64,000 bases of DNA from Chiloscyllium plagiosum (Eukaryota): NCBI RefSeq assembly GCF_004010195.1, contig NC_057718.1, forward strand, positions 48,024,507 to 48,088,506, read 5' to 3'. Under the pieces are notes generated by a model. The model was given only the letters and a program-made list of their open reading frames with translations, was not told the origin of the DNA and ran no database searches. Shown in pieces: positions 38,050 to 52,621 of the stretch (position 1 is its first letter; each line of letters begins with the position of its first letter). The position numbers and the translations under genes are program-made.

Positions 38050-39880
38050 TGGTGAGGTAGAGAAAAAATATGGAGTACTGGACACAAACTGCAGGTCTGG
38101 CAGCATCTGTAGAGAAAAAGCCATGTGAATATTTCAAGTCCAGTGATCATTTGTCAGAACTGAAGGAAGCTGGGAAAGGGTAGTATTTATGCTGATGACA
38201 GGTTGGGGGATGGAAGGGCTGGAGGGAATAAATAGATAATGCAGTTGAGATAGGGTGGACAGAATGGTGGACAGAGAGATAGCTGATGATAAGCCAAGGA
38301 GCGATAAGTGCAAACAAGAAGTCTGAACATTTGATAATGGATTGTCTGTTCAGCGGCTTGTTCAGTGAGGATTTGGGTGTGGGAGAAGGGTAACCTACAT
38401 GGAGGAGGATGATCATGTTCTGAAATTTTAAATCTTAATGTTGAGCCCTGAAGATCATAAGTTGCATAGGTGGAAGATGAAGTGTTGTTTTCCAGCTTGC
38501 ATTGAGCCTTGCTGGAGCACTGCAGCAGACCTGAGACAAATATGTTGACGTGGGAACCTGGTGAGTTGTAGTGGAGGACAGCTGGAAGCTTGGGGTTATT
38601 TCTATGGACCAGATGTAGGTGTTCAAGAAAACAGTCATCCAATCTGCTTTTTGTCTCCCCAGTTTTAAAGGAGACCACATTGTGAGCAGCTAATTCAGTA
38701 TAATAGATTGAATGAGGTGCAGATAAATTGCTGCTTCACCTGGATGGTATGTGCAGGTTATTGCATAGTGAGGAGTTAAATGGGCATGTATTATACCTTC
38801 TGTGATTGCATGGGAAAGTGCTGGGGGATATTTTGGGAGTGGAGGAGGTGTGGACTAAGGTGGCCAAAAAGAATGGTCCTTGAAGAATGCTGACAAAGGA
38901 GAGGAATGTGTGTCTGGTGGTGGCATCTCTCTTAAGGTGGTGGAAATTGTTTGTACACTTTGGAAGGAGCATCAGGAATGCAGAGTACTGGGCTAATGGT
39001 AAGATTCTGGGCAGGGTAGACGAGCGGAGAGATCTCCGTGTCCACGTACATAGATCCATGACAGTTGCCACCCAGGTTGATAGGGTTGTTAAGAAGGCAT
39101 ACGGTGTGTTAGCTTTTATTGGTGGAGGGACTGAGTTTCAGAGCCACGAGGTCATATTGCGGCTATACAAAACTCTGGTACGGCTGCACTTGAAGTATTG
39201 CGTACTGTTCTGGTCATCACGTTATAGGAAGGATGTAGAAGCTTTGGAAAGGATTCTGAGGCGATTTACTAGGATGTTGCCTGGTATGGAGAGAAGGTAT
39301 TATGAGGAAAGGCTGATCAACTTGAGGCTGTTTTTATTAGAGAGAAGAAGGTTGAAAGGTGATTTAATTGAAACGTATAAGATAATCAAACGGTTAGATA
39401 GGGTAGACGGTGAGAGCCTTTTTCCTCGGGTGGTGATGGCTAGCACGATGGGATGTAGCTTTAAATTGAGGGGTGATAGATATAGGATGGATGTCAGAGG
39501 TTTCTTTACTCAGTAGTAGCAGTGTGGAACGTCCTGCTTGCAACAGCAGTAGACTCACCAACTTTAAGGACATTTAAATGGTCATTGGATAAAGATATGG
39601 ATGAAAATGGAATAGTGTAGGATCGATAGGTTTCAGATTGGTTCCATAGTCTGTGCAACATCCAGGGCTGAAGGGTTTGTACTGCACTTTCATGTTCTAT
39701 ATTCTGTGGAGGTTAGTGGGATAGAAAATGAGCACCAGGGCACCCTATCGTTGTGGGAAGGGCTGAGGGCAGAAGTGCAGGAAATGGGTCAGATATGGTT
39801 GAAGGCCCTATCAACGTCAGTGGCGGGGAACTCTTGGTTGAGAAAAGGTGGATATTTCTGAGGCCCCTCCATGGAAGTTT
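38050..39880 (-). mobile_element. Old Penelope-like 3' fragment interrupted by a CR1
   Basis: GETKSRLDDCFLEHL (GIY-YIG C-terminal part) and TFPCNHRRYNTCP. Confidence 0.65.
38945..39705 (+). mobile_element. CR1 LINE 3' part
   Basis: ORF 38887-39516: LYKTLVRLHLKYC..FWS..RKDVEALERI.RRFTRMLPG; ends in ttctatattct. Confidence 0.85.
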
Positions 39881-40609
39881 AGAGGCCAAAAAACTGCAGA
39901 TGCTGGAATCCAAGGTAGACAAACAGGAGGCTGGAAAAACACAGCAAGCCAGGCAGCATCAGGAAGTGGAGAAGTCAACATTTCGGGTGCAACTCTACTT
40001 CAGGACTCTTCTGTTTTTTTATATGCCTAAATATAGTAAGGTTTTCAGAAACATTTCTGACTACTCATTAATCATTGGCAGTCAAGAGCAGGCACAGTCA
40101 CAGGAAGGTTATTTTAACAATACAGATTGGCTTTGGGCAACAGAACCTCAGCTTCTTATAAGGGGTAATGGACTTGGAAAAGAAAATTACTCCTCAAAGG
40201 GAGATGGATCTGTGGAATTCACTACCCCAGAGTTGGATGCTAGATCGTGGAGTAAACTGGAGGTTGCGGTTAGCAATAAGTTGAACCTGGCTTGCTGTGT
40301 TCTTTGAGCCATCTGCTTGTCTACCTCCATGGAAGGTGGCATTATCAGAACAGATGAGATGGAGAAACTGGGAGAATGTGTTGCAGAGTATTTATAGGAA
40401 GTGTGGTGTGAGGATATATGTCAAGGTAACTGGGAGTTGATGTGTTTTTAATGAAAATTGGTGACTAACTTTTATCTCTAGAAATGAAACCAAATGGAAA
40501 AGGAAGGGAATAGTCAGAAATGGAGCAGGTGAAGGTGACAACAGGATGGAATTGCAAGCAAAATTGATAAACTCTTCCATTTTTTAATGAGATAGGTTGG
40601 TTTTTATAA

Positions 40610-40853
40610 TGAGTGTGGTGCTGGAAAAGCACAGCAGGTCAGGCAGCATCTGAGGAGCAGGAAAATCGATGTTTTGGGAAAAAGCCCTTCATCAGGAATA
40701 AGGCTTGTGAGTCAGGGCAGCCTTATTCCTGATGAAGGGCTTTTGCCCGAAACATTGATTTTTCTGCTCCTCGGTTGCTGCCTGACCTGCTATGCTTTTC
40801 CAGCACCACATTCTCGACTCTAATCTTGAGCATCTGCAGTCCTCACTTTCGCC
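40610..40853. mobile_element. Palindromic family A element with two hammerhead-like cores
   Basis: Arms 40612-40705 and 40719-40811 are reverse complements; CTGATGA-AGGGC-TTTT-GCCC-GAAA at 40729-40752. Confidence 0.8.
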
Positions 40854-41119
40854 TAAGTTTCTAATAATGTTAATCTAGTATTTAACAGTACTACTGTTCT
40901 TTGTATAATTAATTGTCAAGTTTCTTATTTATTGTATTTACCTATTTTTCTTGTATTATACTTACTTTTTGTATTTTAAATAAACGCAGAGATTCTTTTG
41001 CCCTGAAACACCTGTCTACTGCCTCTTCATTTCACATTCCCTAAATAAGACATGTCTAGAACCAGGAAACTGAGTATTTTAACCATTTAAAAGTCAGGAA
41101 ATAACTGATTGCAAACCAG

Positions 41120-41790
41120 AATCCTACACAAGTCTCTAAAGGTAGCAGTACAAGTAGATAGGGCTGTAAAGAAAGTAAATGGAATGCTCTTCTTCACTGA
41201 CAGAATAATAGAATATAAAAGTAGGGACATAATAATGAAACTGCTGAGGCCAAAGATGGAGTATTGTGTGCAGTTCTGGTTGCCTCATTGCAGGACGGAT
41301 GTAGTTGTTCTGGAAGAGTGCAAATAAAATTTACTAGAATGTTGCCAGGTCTGGAGAATCGTAGTTACAAGGAAAGATTGGAGAGATTGGGTTTTTTCCT
41401 TGAACAGAGTAGATTGAGGTAACACAAAATTGTGAGGAATAGAGAAAAGAGTAGACAGGTGGAAGCTGTTTCCTTTGACAGAGTTAAAAAAAATACCAGG
41501 GGTCATACATTCAAGCTAAATGGCAGAAGGATTAGAGTGGACATGAATAAAGTTTTTTTTACACAGAGGGTGGTAGGCGTCTGAAATTTGCTACCTAGGT
41601 TGGCAGTGGATGAAGAAACCCTAAACTCTTCTTTAAAAAAGTACCTGGATATGCACCTTAAGTGCTGCAAGCTTCAGGGTTATGGGACATGTGCAGGATG
41701 GTGGGATTAAAAAGGGCATCTGAGTGTCTTTGGGTCAGCATGGACAAGATGAGCTGAATGCCCCCCTTCTCTGCTTTATCATTTCCATGG
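41120..41790 (+). mobile_element. CR1 LINE 3' part
   Basis: QVDRAVKKVNGML...EYCVQFWLPH motifs and tail. Confidence 0.75.
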
Positions 41791-41971
41791 TTTTATAATT
41801 GATGCACACAGACTTGTGGTGTCTATATCTCACTGCTAAATCACTAATTAAAGATCAACGCTTTATTTGTTCCCAAAGTTGCCCGTTCGTACACATTTGC
41901 ACTGCAACCCAAAGTAACATGTTCATTATAAAACCCAGGAGAAAGTGAGGACTGCAGATGCTGGACATCAG

Positions 41972-42007
41972 AGTCGACGTTTCAGGCAAAAGCCCTTCAT
42001 CAGGAAT
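41972..42007 (-). ncRNA. Minimal hammerhead ribozyme motif (family A)
   Basis: Reverse complement ATTC-CTGATGA-A-GGGC(TTTT)GCCT-GAAA-C-GTC-GACT. Confidence 0.65.
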
Positions 42008-42217
42008 GGGCTGTGAGCCGAGTAAGTGGAGAGATAAATGGGAGGGGTTGGGGCTGGCGTGAAGGTAGCACAGAGTGTGATAGATAGGTAGATGGAGGTG
42101 GGGGTGATGGTGATAGATCAGAGAGGAGGGTGGAGTGGATAGGTGGGAAGGTAGATGGATGAGTAGGAGAGGTCATGAAATGGAAGGTTGAAATTGGGAA
42201 CTTACCCTAGTGACACT

Positions 42218-42533
42218 GGGCAGCACGGTGGCAAGTGGTTAGCACTGCTGCCTCACAGTGCCAGAGACCTGGGTTCAATTCCCGCCTCAGACGACTGTCT
42301 GTGTGGAGTTTGCACATTCTCCCTGTGTCTGCGTGGATTTCCTCCGGGTGCTCAGGTTTCCTCTCACAGTCCAAAAATGTGCAGGTTAGGTGAATTGGCC
42401 ATGCTAAATTGCCCGTAGTGTTAGGTGAAGGGGTAAATGTAGGGGACTAAGTCTGGGTGGGTTGCTCTTCGGAGAGTCGGTGTGGACTTGTTGGGCCGAA
42501 GGGCCTGTTTCCACACTGTAAGTAATCTAATCT
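42218..42533 (+). mobile_element. HE1-type tRNA-derived SINE, full length
   Basis: gggcagcacggtggcaagtggttagcactgctgcctcacagtgccagagacctgggttcaattccc...ccacactgtaagtaatctaatcta. Confidence 0.9.
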
Positions 42534-44193
42534 AAAACAATTTCAATTAGAGTCATTAATCAGAATTCCTACCCTGGGTCCCAATGCAATGTCACCACCC
42601 TTCTTTCCCCTCCCTGCAAGCTTGGTCAGAACGTAGGAGTCTTGGGAGTTTATGCTCACCACTCAAACGCGTTTTTGAAGTGCGCCCGCTTACTGAGGTT
42701 TTTGCCATTGGTTCTTCTGGTTCATAACAGGTCTGTGTCTGGTAGCTCTCGTTCATAGAAGTTCTGGTTGGCCTCCCTTTCTCAGATGTATTTGTTCTGA
42801 TGAGCCCCTTCGTTTGGCCTCCCTGTTCTTGGTTCTCAATTTGGCCTCTGGTTTCTCGTTCCAAAACTGCTTGTTGGGAGTGGGAGTCTGTGGGGAAACT
42901 TTTTGTGCAAAAGCTTGTTTTCGAAAAATACTCTCTTCTCAGGTGAGATTTGAGACCTCCCCTCAAATCAGTACTTTTCTTTAAGCTCTTGATGTTCTTT
43001 TCTGCAGTTAATTAGCATTCCGATGGTTAGAGTATGTGTGTGAATGGGTTTTGATTCAGGCTGAATGTCCAAAATTCCTGTAGGCCCCATACTGTGCATC
43101 ATGTACGTAGCCCGATGTGTAAAATCTGTCTCAAGGGGATCATTAATTTCAGTTAACGGTCCTTGTAGAGAGGAACTGTAAATTATATTTCCAGGCTGAA
43201 CAACGATTCCAGACTGACATGTTTTCTGTGAGTTATGTTTGCATATTTTCAACAGAACTCAGGGTTTTCTAAAGTTTTGAAGAGCTCAGTTTTGTCCACT
43301 ATTTTCGCTGTTGGGGACTTTTGCTCAACCTTACGTTTGCACACTAAGATCTCTCACTCCACCTACACCTCTCAGATTCTTGTTTATTGTATACTCTCTT
43401 TTAATATTTGACATCCTTAAATGTGTTACCTCCCACTTATCAGAGTTGAACTCTATCTGCGACTTTCCTACCCACTCCACTAATCCATCTCTATTATTTT
43501 GGAGCTCACGACTAACCTCTACACATGGCCAATCTTTGTGTCGTCAGTAAATTTCCCAATAGTGTGTCTCCCCACCTCCCAGCATTCAAGTCCAAATCAT
43601 TATTGTATAAAACAAACAGCAAGGGTCTCAACACCAAGCCCTGTGGAATATCACCATAAGTAGTCACCATAAGTTCGGTATCAGCTTAAATTTTTGAAAT
43701 TTAGTACAAGGTGCCTTTGAATTGATAACTTATGTTCGAGTCTCACATGACAGATTGGTCAAATAGTAAAATCCCATGACATATAGGGTAATTTGTTGAA
43801 TTATATCCAAAATTGGCTTAGTAACAGAAAACAAAGGGTAATGGTCAATGGGTGCCCCTGCAAATGGAAAGCTGATACAGAACTTATGGTGACGACTTGT
43901 AAATAGTACAACACCAGGTCATTGTCCAACAGATTTATTTGGTACTTGCAATAAACTTGTTAGACTATAACCTGATGTTGTGTGACTTTTGACTTTGTTC
44001 ACCCCAGTCCAACACCAGCACCTCTACATCATACATGTAAATATGCACTTTTAACATACAGGAACATCTCTTGAATAACCCGATTGTTGATAGAATCTTC
44101 AAATTTCAACTTTAAAACTGTATGTTTGATCCTATGTTTGTAACCCAAATTACTGCCATCTGTCTTAATGGGTATTTTCACTAACATTTGCAG

Positions 44194-44411
44194 GTTCTGG
44201 TCTGGAAAGAAATGGATTATGGATCCATGTCTGAGGCAGAGAAACAGATGCTTGTCTCAGAGGTGAACTTACTTCGTGAACTTAAACATCCAAATATTGT
44301 TCGATATTATGATCGTATTATTGACAGAACAAATACAACATTATACATAGTAATGGAGTTCTGTGAAGGAGGTGATTTGGCCAGCCTGATTAACAAGTGT
44401 ATTCGAGAAAG
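44194..44411 (+). CDS. NEK2: NEK2 coding exon 2 (218 nt)
   Basis: VLVWKEMDYGSMSEAEKQMLVSEVNLLRELKHPNIVRYYDRIIDRTNTTLYIVMEFCEGGDL. Branch-like CTAAC, acceptor tttgcag, donor AG|GTAAC. Confidence 0.97.
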
Positions 44412-45297
44412 GTAACATCTGTTTATAATGGGAGAATATTATTTGAATATGCTATTTTTGAAAATAGTATAGGATTCCATGTTATCAATACTTTCTTGTT
44501 TGAATCTTGAATTTTTATGATGAAATTACATGATGCAAAATATTGCATCATGTGGTCTGGGTTTTTAATTTTCATTGAACAAAAACACAAGTTGTCCATT
44601 GTCTTTTTTTTTCAGAAAAATACATCATGTCATTATTGTATTTTTCTAAACTATTCAGTATATGAGTTGTTAGTTACTGAAGGATCCAAGGATACTTGGT
44701 CCTGTTTAATCATGCAGTCGATGTTTGATAAAGTAACTTATTTAATTCAGTTTGTGTTTTTGAATTTAGTGAGCAATTAGAGACTGCATGTGAAATTGTA
44801 GCAAAACAGAATGACCCATCATCAGGCAGGCAATGGCAGGACAAAAATAAAATAGTAAGAATAAAGTATTGTAACATCCTCAGATATATTGCTTCTCAGA
44901 TGTTAAATACTTATGATGACAACAGTTAATATGCCGCAGGTGGTAATGAAGATATACGGAGTCCCCGATTTGCAAACATCTGACTTGCGAAAGCTCGTCC
45001 CTTATGAACCTGATCCAAAATGAGGATGTAATTTGAAAGGCCCAAAATGCAAACATTTCCTGCACTAACGAATAGCTGCTTTACATTGTCTTACATTGTG
45101 TTGCGACTTGCCTGCTTGCAACCTGAGGACTGCCTGTAACCCTTATTGAATGTTGTTTAGCTTCAAAGATGCATATTTTGTGTTAACATCTCTTAACCAT
45201 AGAAATTTTATGGAATTCTTCATTAGGTCGTGTTTCTTATTGAATACTTTTAGGAATATTGTTCCTTTTTTAAAAAAAACGTTAATTTGTCTTTCAG

Positions 45298-45538
45298 GCG
45301 ATATTTAGAGGAAGACTTTGCCCTGCGTGTCCTTGCTCAGACAGCTTTGGCCTTACGAGAATGTCACAGACGTAGTGAAAGTGGTCGCACAGTGCTACAC
45401 AGAGATCTCAAACCAGCAAATGTTTTTCTTGACGCGCAACATAATGTCAAATTAGGTGATTTTGGCTTGGCTAGAATTTTGCAACATGATACTAGTTTTG
45501 CCAAAACATTTGTTGGCACTCCATATTACATGTCTCCA
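45298..45538 (+). CDS. NEK2: NEK2 coding exon 3 (241 nt)
   Basis: Contains HRDLKPAN, DFG and GTPYYMSP. Acceptor ctttcag, donor CCA|GTGAGT. Confidence 0.97.
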
Positions 45539-46627
45539 GTGAGTATACACTTTCCATACAATATTTGAAAGTGCACACAACATCAATGTTAAATCCCCTA
45601 TTCCCATCCTCCTTCTTCCCCTGCCCACAGAGGTGTAAAGAGCTGGACAAATAAGATTGTATTGGCAGATCACGAGTCGCAGCCAATAGGTTAGCAAGGT
45701 GAAACTGTTAAGTGTTGCCTGAAAGTTTTGGAGTGGTGGGATTAGTGTGTGGCAGAGAGTGATGATCACTCTGGTTCTATGAAATTAAATGGCTTTCCTG
45801 TTCTGTTATACCAGCTGTGGCCCCAGTCTGCTGCAAGGGAGTTGGGGTTGCCATGCTCCAGAACCACCCCCATCCTTTTTATTCACTTGTGGGACATAGG
45901 CATTGTTGGTGGCCAGCATTTATTGCCTATTCTTAGTTGGCCTTGAGAAGGTCAAGAAGCTGCGTTCTTGAACTGCTGCAGTCCATGTGCTGTAGGTTAT
46001 TGGGTGGAATGTCTCTGTTATGCCCTGACAGATTTTGGAGATGGTGCCAGTCTCTCAGTTGAATGCTGTCTGGTGGTGGCTCCTGCATTGCCAGAAGCAA
46101 ATGGCAGCTCCAGCAAGTGGTGTGAACCTGGTGGGCAGTGTGGGAAAAACTGAAACTTGGAAGTCTTGCAACAACCACAAGTTGGAGAGACAGAGGACTT
46201 TGTACCAAAATGGCATCATTGGATCAGGTCATTGTTTAGTGATCCAATGCTGAAAAAAATCTCAGGATGCTCAATGAGATTTAAGACCCCAAAACATTTC
46301 ACAACATTAAGCTGAGATTTACCCTTGAGTCAAGGCTAAGAAAAATGTTCAGGATTTATTTAAATCCTCACAAACTTGGTCTGTTTGTTAAGAGTTTGTG
46401 CTTTCACCACATTCTGTCCAGGAAGAATAGAGACTGTCTCTCTCCATCTCTAACTTCCATTCCTCCCTCAGGTTGAACCAGGTTGCAGGGCTCAGAACAC
46501 AGTGACGTTGAAATGTTATCCAACTTCATTAAAGTAACTACCTACTTTGGGTAAATAAAGGATTGCAATTATGATATGACTAACCATGTACGTTTCCATT
46601 AATCATTTTGCATGATTTAATTTGCAG

Positions 46628-46710
46628 GAACAAATTAATCACATGTCCTATAATGAGAAATCTGATATATGGTCCTTAGGATGTCTGCTGTATGAACTTT
46701 GTGCACTTTC
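46628..46710 (+). CDS. NEK2: NEK2 coding exon 4 (83 nt)
   Basis: [27 protein letters not shown]. Acceptor tttgcag, donor TC|GTAAGT. Confidence 0.96.
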
Positions 46711-47344
46711 GTAAGTACCGTACTAAGGCTATTCTAATCACAGCATCTTCTGCTCTGATTGTGAGCTTGCATTTTATGACTTAATGCATTTTTTTTGCTT
46801 TCTCCCTCTAACTTTTGGTATAAGTGGATGGTTTTCATTAAGGGTATGTTTTGTGCAGACAGATTCTCTTAAAGCTTTGCAAAGTCAAAGACTCGTGGTG
46901 TAACCCACATGTTTGAAATTCTAGAAATGAATTGAAGTACAACTCTATTTCAGGCAATTTTTAAGCACACTGTCAGTTGTTGGAGTGGTTGTTTGGATAT
47001 ATTGAAAATTCTGGAAATCTGAGTAATCAGGAAAAAAATTGGCGGATTCCATTCATCAGACATTCATAGTACAAGTTGTTGCTTTATTCGTGCTTATATC
47101 ATTGTAAAGATCTAAATGATTGGAGGAACGGGCAGCAGAAGTTCTAGTGTTGTCTGCATTCATTTTCTCGAGTTGTTTGATCTATTGCTTTATGATTCTT
47201 TTGTTGAAGAAGGTGGAGGTGTAAGAGGATATAGCCACATTTTATTTTCTATGGGATGTGTTCTGCCGCTCAATATCCTTGTCAATGTTTCTTTTAAAGA
47301 TGGTGAAGAAAGGATGCCCTGTATCATCAATAAGGATTGGATTG

Positions 47345-49420
47345 GACAAAATTAAAAATCAGACAACACCAGGTTATAGTCCAACAGATTTATTTGGAGA
47401 CATTCTCAAGATAGCTTTTAACGATAGGTGCCATCTCAGCTCAGATAATGCAGTGAAGGTGTGAGGTTAAAGTCGGTCTGTGTCCCAATGTTAGGTCAAA
47501 CTGATTCTATTTCTAAAGTGGGGTTTATAGAATTTTACATGGATTTATGCAGTTTTTGAGCAAAATAAAATGTAATTCTGCAAGTACAAATTCGCCCCAC
47601 AAACTTGTGTGTGTGTATATGCAGGGGAGACCGAGTGAGTGTGTGCATGTGTGGGGGTGAGTGTCTGTGAATGTGTGTTTGGGTATAAGTGTGTGAGAAG
47701 GTGCATGTGTTGGTGTGAGTGTGGGGGGTGTATGTTTGAGCGAATGAGAGAGAGCTTCTGTATAGAGAGGGTCTGCATGGGTGAGTGGGTCTGTAGGAGA
47801 GAGTGTGGGCGTGTGTGCCTCTGTGCCCGCATGCATGAGAGTGTATAGTGTAGTGGGGTCACCTGTAGTGCAACATGAACCTAATGTCCCAGTTGAGGCC
47901 ATCCCCATTGGTACCGAACATGGCTATCAGCCACTTGCATTGTTGCCTGTCCCATAGTCCGCCTTGGAGGAATGTCCCGGACTGCTGAAGTGTTCCTCGA
48001 CTGGGACAGAACATTCCTGGCTGGTGATTGTTGTGCAGTGTCCATTCATCTGTTGCTGCAGCCTCTGCTCTGTCTTGCCAATGTACCGTGCCTCTGGGCA
48101 TTCTTGCCTGCAGCGTGTGAGGTAGACAATGTTGGCTGAGTCACATGAGTACTTGCCGCATACTTGGTGGGTTGTGTCCCCACGTGTAATGGTGGCATCC
48201 GTGTCAACACTGTGACACGTCTTGCAGCATCTACCGTGACTGGGTTGCATGGTGTTGTTCTGAGGCAAACCTGTTAGCTCTGAACAATGATCTGTTTGAG
48301 GTTTGGTGATTGTTTAAAGGCAAGAAGTGGAGGTGTGGAGAAGGTCTTGGTGAGGTGCTCATCCTCATCAATAATGTGTTGCAAGCTGCAAAGTAGTTTT
48401 TCAGCTCCTGGAAAGTGCTTGACAACAAAGGGTACCATATCTGTTGCAGCTCATGTCTGTCTCCTGAGGAGGTCATTACGGTTTCTTGCTTTGGCATGTC
48501 AGAACTGGTGGTACTTGCAAGTGTCTGTCACGTTCCTCCTCATCTGAACAGATCCTGTGAATGCATAGTGTTTCTCCATAGAGGATAGCAGTTTTATTAT
48601 ATTTAGGGTGGAAGCGAGACAAATGTAGCATAGTGAGGTTATCTGTGTATTTACAGTAGAGTGAGGTGCACATCCCTGATGGCGATGCATATGTCCAAGA
48701 ATGAGACAGATACTGGAGAGTAGTCCATGGTGAGTTTGATGTTGGGATGAAACTCATTCATGTCCCTGTGTAGTTGTTTCAGTGACTCTTCGCCATGGGT
48801 CCCGAGGAGGAAAATGTCGTCAATATATCTGATGTATAGTGTTGGTTAGAGGTCCTGCATAGAGAAGAAGTCTTGTTCGAATCTGTGCATGAAAATTTTG
48901 GCATATTGGGGTGCACATTTGGTCCCCATGTCTGGATGAAGAACTGGTTGCCAAAGGTGAAAACGTTGTGGTTGAGGATGAAGCGGATGAGTTGTAGGAC
49001 ATTGTTTGGAGATTGGCAGTTGTCGGTATTGAGTACTGAGGCTGTTGCCATGAGGCCATAATTGTGGAATGCTGAAACATCCATTGTGATGAAGAATGTT
49101 CCAGGTTCAACTGGTCCGTAGGTGCTGAGTTTCTGTATGAAATCTGTAGTGTCGTGACAGAAACTGGGGGTCCTCTGTACAATAAGTTTCAACATCTCTT
49201 CGATATAACTCACACAGGGTCCCGTTGCCTGGTATGATGGAACGTTGGCTTTGTGTATCTTCGGAAGATAGCAGAAGTCGCCTACGTGAGAAATACATGG
49301 GAGAGGATGCGTAGGGAACTCTGAAGGACTGAATCAAAAGTCTTGATCAATGTTTTTAGTTCATGGATGTGCTCTTTGGTTGTAGCGGCTGGTCATTGCC
49401 TGGAGTGTTCCTGGTTCTTT
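47345..49420 (-). mobile_element. Penelope-like element (family C), degenerate RT and GIY-YIG, in NEK2 intron 4
   Basis: IVYLTRCRQECPEARYIGKT (GIY-YIG); FITMDVSA and LIRFILNHNVFTF (RT); (TG)-rich 3' region 47605-47850. The terminus acaacaccaggttatagtccaacag is shared with the 56.8 kb hairpin. Confidence 0.85.
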
Positions 49421-52400
49421 TGGATTGGGAGCGGTCATTTTAACTTCTTTTGTCAATTGAAAAACTAACTTGACAACTGCTTTCACATCCCCTGCCCTGT
49501 TTTCTCCCATCTATTTATAATTTTGTTTTAGTGTTTTAAGGGCATATGAAGAGGGTCATGTGATCTGTTCTGATTTGTGCCTGACAGCACATTGGTGGCT
49601 TAGATGTTAAAGGTGGGGGACACCGGGTTGTTTTATTGGGATGGAAGTGTAAGATGTTCACAACTTTGGATAATGACTTTGGCATCTATGATTAGTGCAG
49701 TATTAAGTCTTAACAGAAAACTTAGAAATGTCATGTTTGTTGCTTTAAATCTGTGTTTATTTAATTTCCAGATAGAATGGAGTTGGAGGGTTTAAGGGGT
49801 GGCTAACTAACATTTCTAGCTTGATACAAGGTGCTGTGATTTACATTGCCACAAAGATGGGCTTTAAAGGGGGAAAAGACCATAACAAATCATTGTAATG
49901 TTGGGTTACGTCGTTTTTTTTTAAGCTATTCTTAGCCCAACAACCAGGTTCAGCCTGAAAGAGAAATGAAGGTAAGAGATAGAGAGACAGACAGTCTCTA
50001 TTCTTCCCACACAGAATATAGTGGAAGCACACACTCTGATTGAAGAGATACAAATGCTGAAAATTTTGCCTAGCTTAGCCTTGATTCAAGAGTAACTCAG
50101 CTTAAAAGGAGACAAGGTGCTGGACACTGAGGATGATTTTTGACAGGCCACAAGAGAGTTGACAGTGTAAATTACAACAGTGTTGAGGGGAATTTTATAG
50201 TTTGGATCCAAGTTGCAGTTGAAATAATGGTTAGTCATTGTCGCTTTTAGGTTATGGTAAAAAGCTTAAAACTTGAAATCTTGCTCTTAGTCAGTTACAT
50301 GAACTTTGAATTTGTTTTTAAAAGTCATTGATCTCTCCAAGGATGGTAACCCTTTATGTTACAAATCATTTCATTCAGTTTTTTTTTAATTCAACTGATT
50401 CTTATTTTGGATTTTGATGTTTTGAGTCTGAAACATGGTTTATTATACCCTCCTTAGTTTTGCATAGAAATGTCATTTGATAATTTGCAGCTTTTTAAGT
50501 CATCAAAAATGATTGACAATTCTGAAGTGTTCTAGAACATTTAAGTCTTAACTGAGCTAAGATGGGTAGCATTTTTTAAAATAATAAACATTTGTTTGGT
50601 ATGCTGTTGTGTTTACCTAATAATAATAATAACCGCTCAATTCAGGTGTAATTAATCAAACTAGCATAAAAGATTTGGAAATTTTAAACCTAAAACCAGC
50701 AGTATAGAAAAGATTTATCCCATGCAGTAATCTGTAAAAAAAAATTGAGTGGCCAAGAACTATTTCAGGTAAAAAGGCAAGTGGGACTAGATTGGGTTGG
50801 GATATCTGGTCGGCATGGACAGGTTGGACCAAAGGGTCTGTATCCATGCTGTACATCTCTATGACTCCATAACTTTATTTCTTAAAGTATATTAGACAAT
50901 AATTAACTAACAACTAAATACAAGTTCTTACTCTAAGCTTTTTTTTAACCTTCCTTTCTATAATATTAGTCCGATAAAACTCCCGATTACGATTTACAAA
51001 TCAAAACGTCTTGTCTCAAAATCAGGCAGCTTGCTTTCTTCTTGGTATTTCAGTCTTTTCTTCTTCTTAGGAATCCTGCTTCATACGTTATTGATCGATA
51101 AAGGAACCTTTTAAGAGCGCTATTTCCTGGGCAGTGTGCAGAAGTCGTAGGCTTGGCAATTCTCCTCTCAACTGTTCAATTTTCCCCAGTCTTATACACC
51201 CCCCCCAAAAGCATCGGAATGTATCATTTGCTTTTACGGTTGTCAGTATACTAAATTCAAATTGGATTGGAGTTTGGTATTTTTTCGGGGTATAATTTAA
51301 ACTGATTGGCCTAATTCAAATCTGTTTTGTCACTTCCAGGCAACCAGCTAATCAAGTTGTTCCACCAAATGTTACTTTTTTTTTCAGAACACTTGGTTCT
51401 CTCAGGTAGTTCTGCTGGTTTTAACTCTCTTAAAGGGACAGTACACCCACATCTTCATAACAACTCAATCATTTAATAGGTACCCATAAAAGGTATCACA
51501 CCTCCAGGTCAAAAATGCTCATTTCAGTTGACTGAGTCAGTTTGGAAGATTTTTGAAGTGTGTTAATTTTCTTAGACTTGCATGAATAGACAGATTTAAA
51601 AATTATTTTATATCAAAGAATATAACTCTGGAAGAAACTGATTGGTGCATACCAATGAAAGCAGTGAAAGTATCAGGATACTTTTTTATGGGCATTTTTC
51701 ATGTGATTTTAAAATCAAATTATTTTACAGGTGGTGGATAGAATATTATTATAACATACTAATTTATGGTAATAAATTCATTTTTAGCTGTATCTGGGAA
51801 CCATTATAATGGAAAGAAACAATTGCATTCCATCACCCTGCTCATTTGTGGCCATTCAGAGATGATTTATGTTTGTTATTATGCAAAACAAATTTAAACA
51901 GAAACTGTACTGCCATCTAATCAATGCATTTTTCTACACATTTTTCTTGTGCCAAAGGGGAAACTATCCTATTATGCATTCTAACTGTGCTACTGATGCA
52001 AACTGGTGTTGTAAATGTTAGTATAATGACATCTAGTGACCATTCTACAGTACTGAAGACAAAACAGATCATTTGGATTGTAGTTTAAATCTTTGTAAAA
52101 CAGTTCTTCAGATTGCACTGATAAATAAATAATTTTGAAAGTGAAAAGCCTTGACATCGATTGAATTACAATGTGTCAAGCTTTTTTTTTGTTCTAATTC
52201 ACTAGTGGGATGTGGTTTTTGCTGCCTGAGCCAGAGTTTATCACCTTTCCCTCGTTCTCTTCGAAGATAGAGGTGAGCTGCCTTCTTGAGCCACTGCAGT
52301 CCATGTGATGTAGTAGACCTCCATACTATTAGGGAAATCTGGGATTTTGACCAAATACCATTGAAGGCATGGCGATACATTTTCTAAGACAGGATGGTGA

Positions 52401-52621
52401 GTGGCTTGGAGGGACTTGCAAGTAATGGTGTTGCCATTATCCTTCCAGATGCACGCGGTTGTGGGTTTGGAAGGTGTTGTCTAAGGAGCTTTAGTGTTAT
52501 CTGATGACATTCTGCTGATACCACATCCAGATTGAGCTTTGCTATTGGTCAGACTAATCATGTTTTGTCATTAAAACTGTGTTTGATTACCTGACTCAAT
52601 TTTGAATTTTATATTTTAAAG

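Noticed and set aside
42218..42290. tRNA gene
   Set aside because: This is the tRNA-derived head of an HE1 SINE, continuous with the SINE body; the same holds at 29895 and 54900.
42540..43270. Minus-strand ORFs of 94-124 aa
   Set aside because: Probably a degenerate retroelement 5' region, but I found no diagnostic motif to support a call.
47525..47908. Thr/His/Pro-rich ORFs
   Set aside because: Translation of the (TG)/(CA)-rich tract of a Penelope element.
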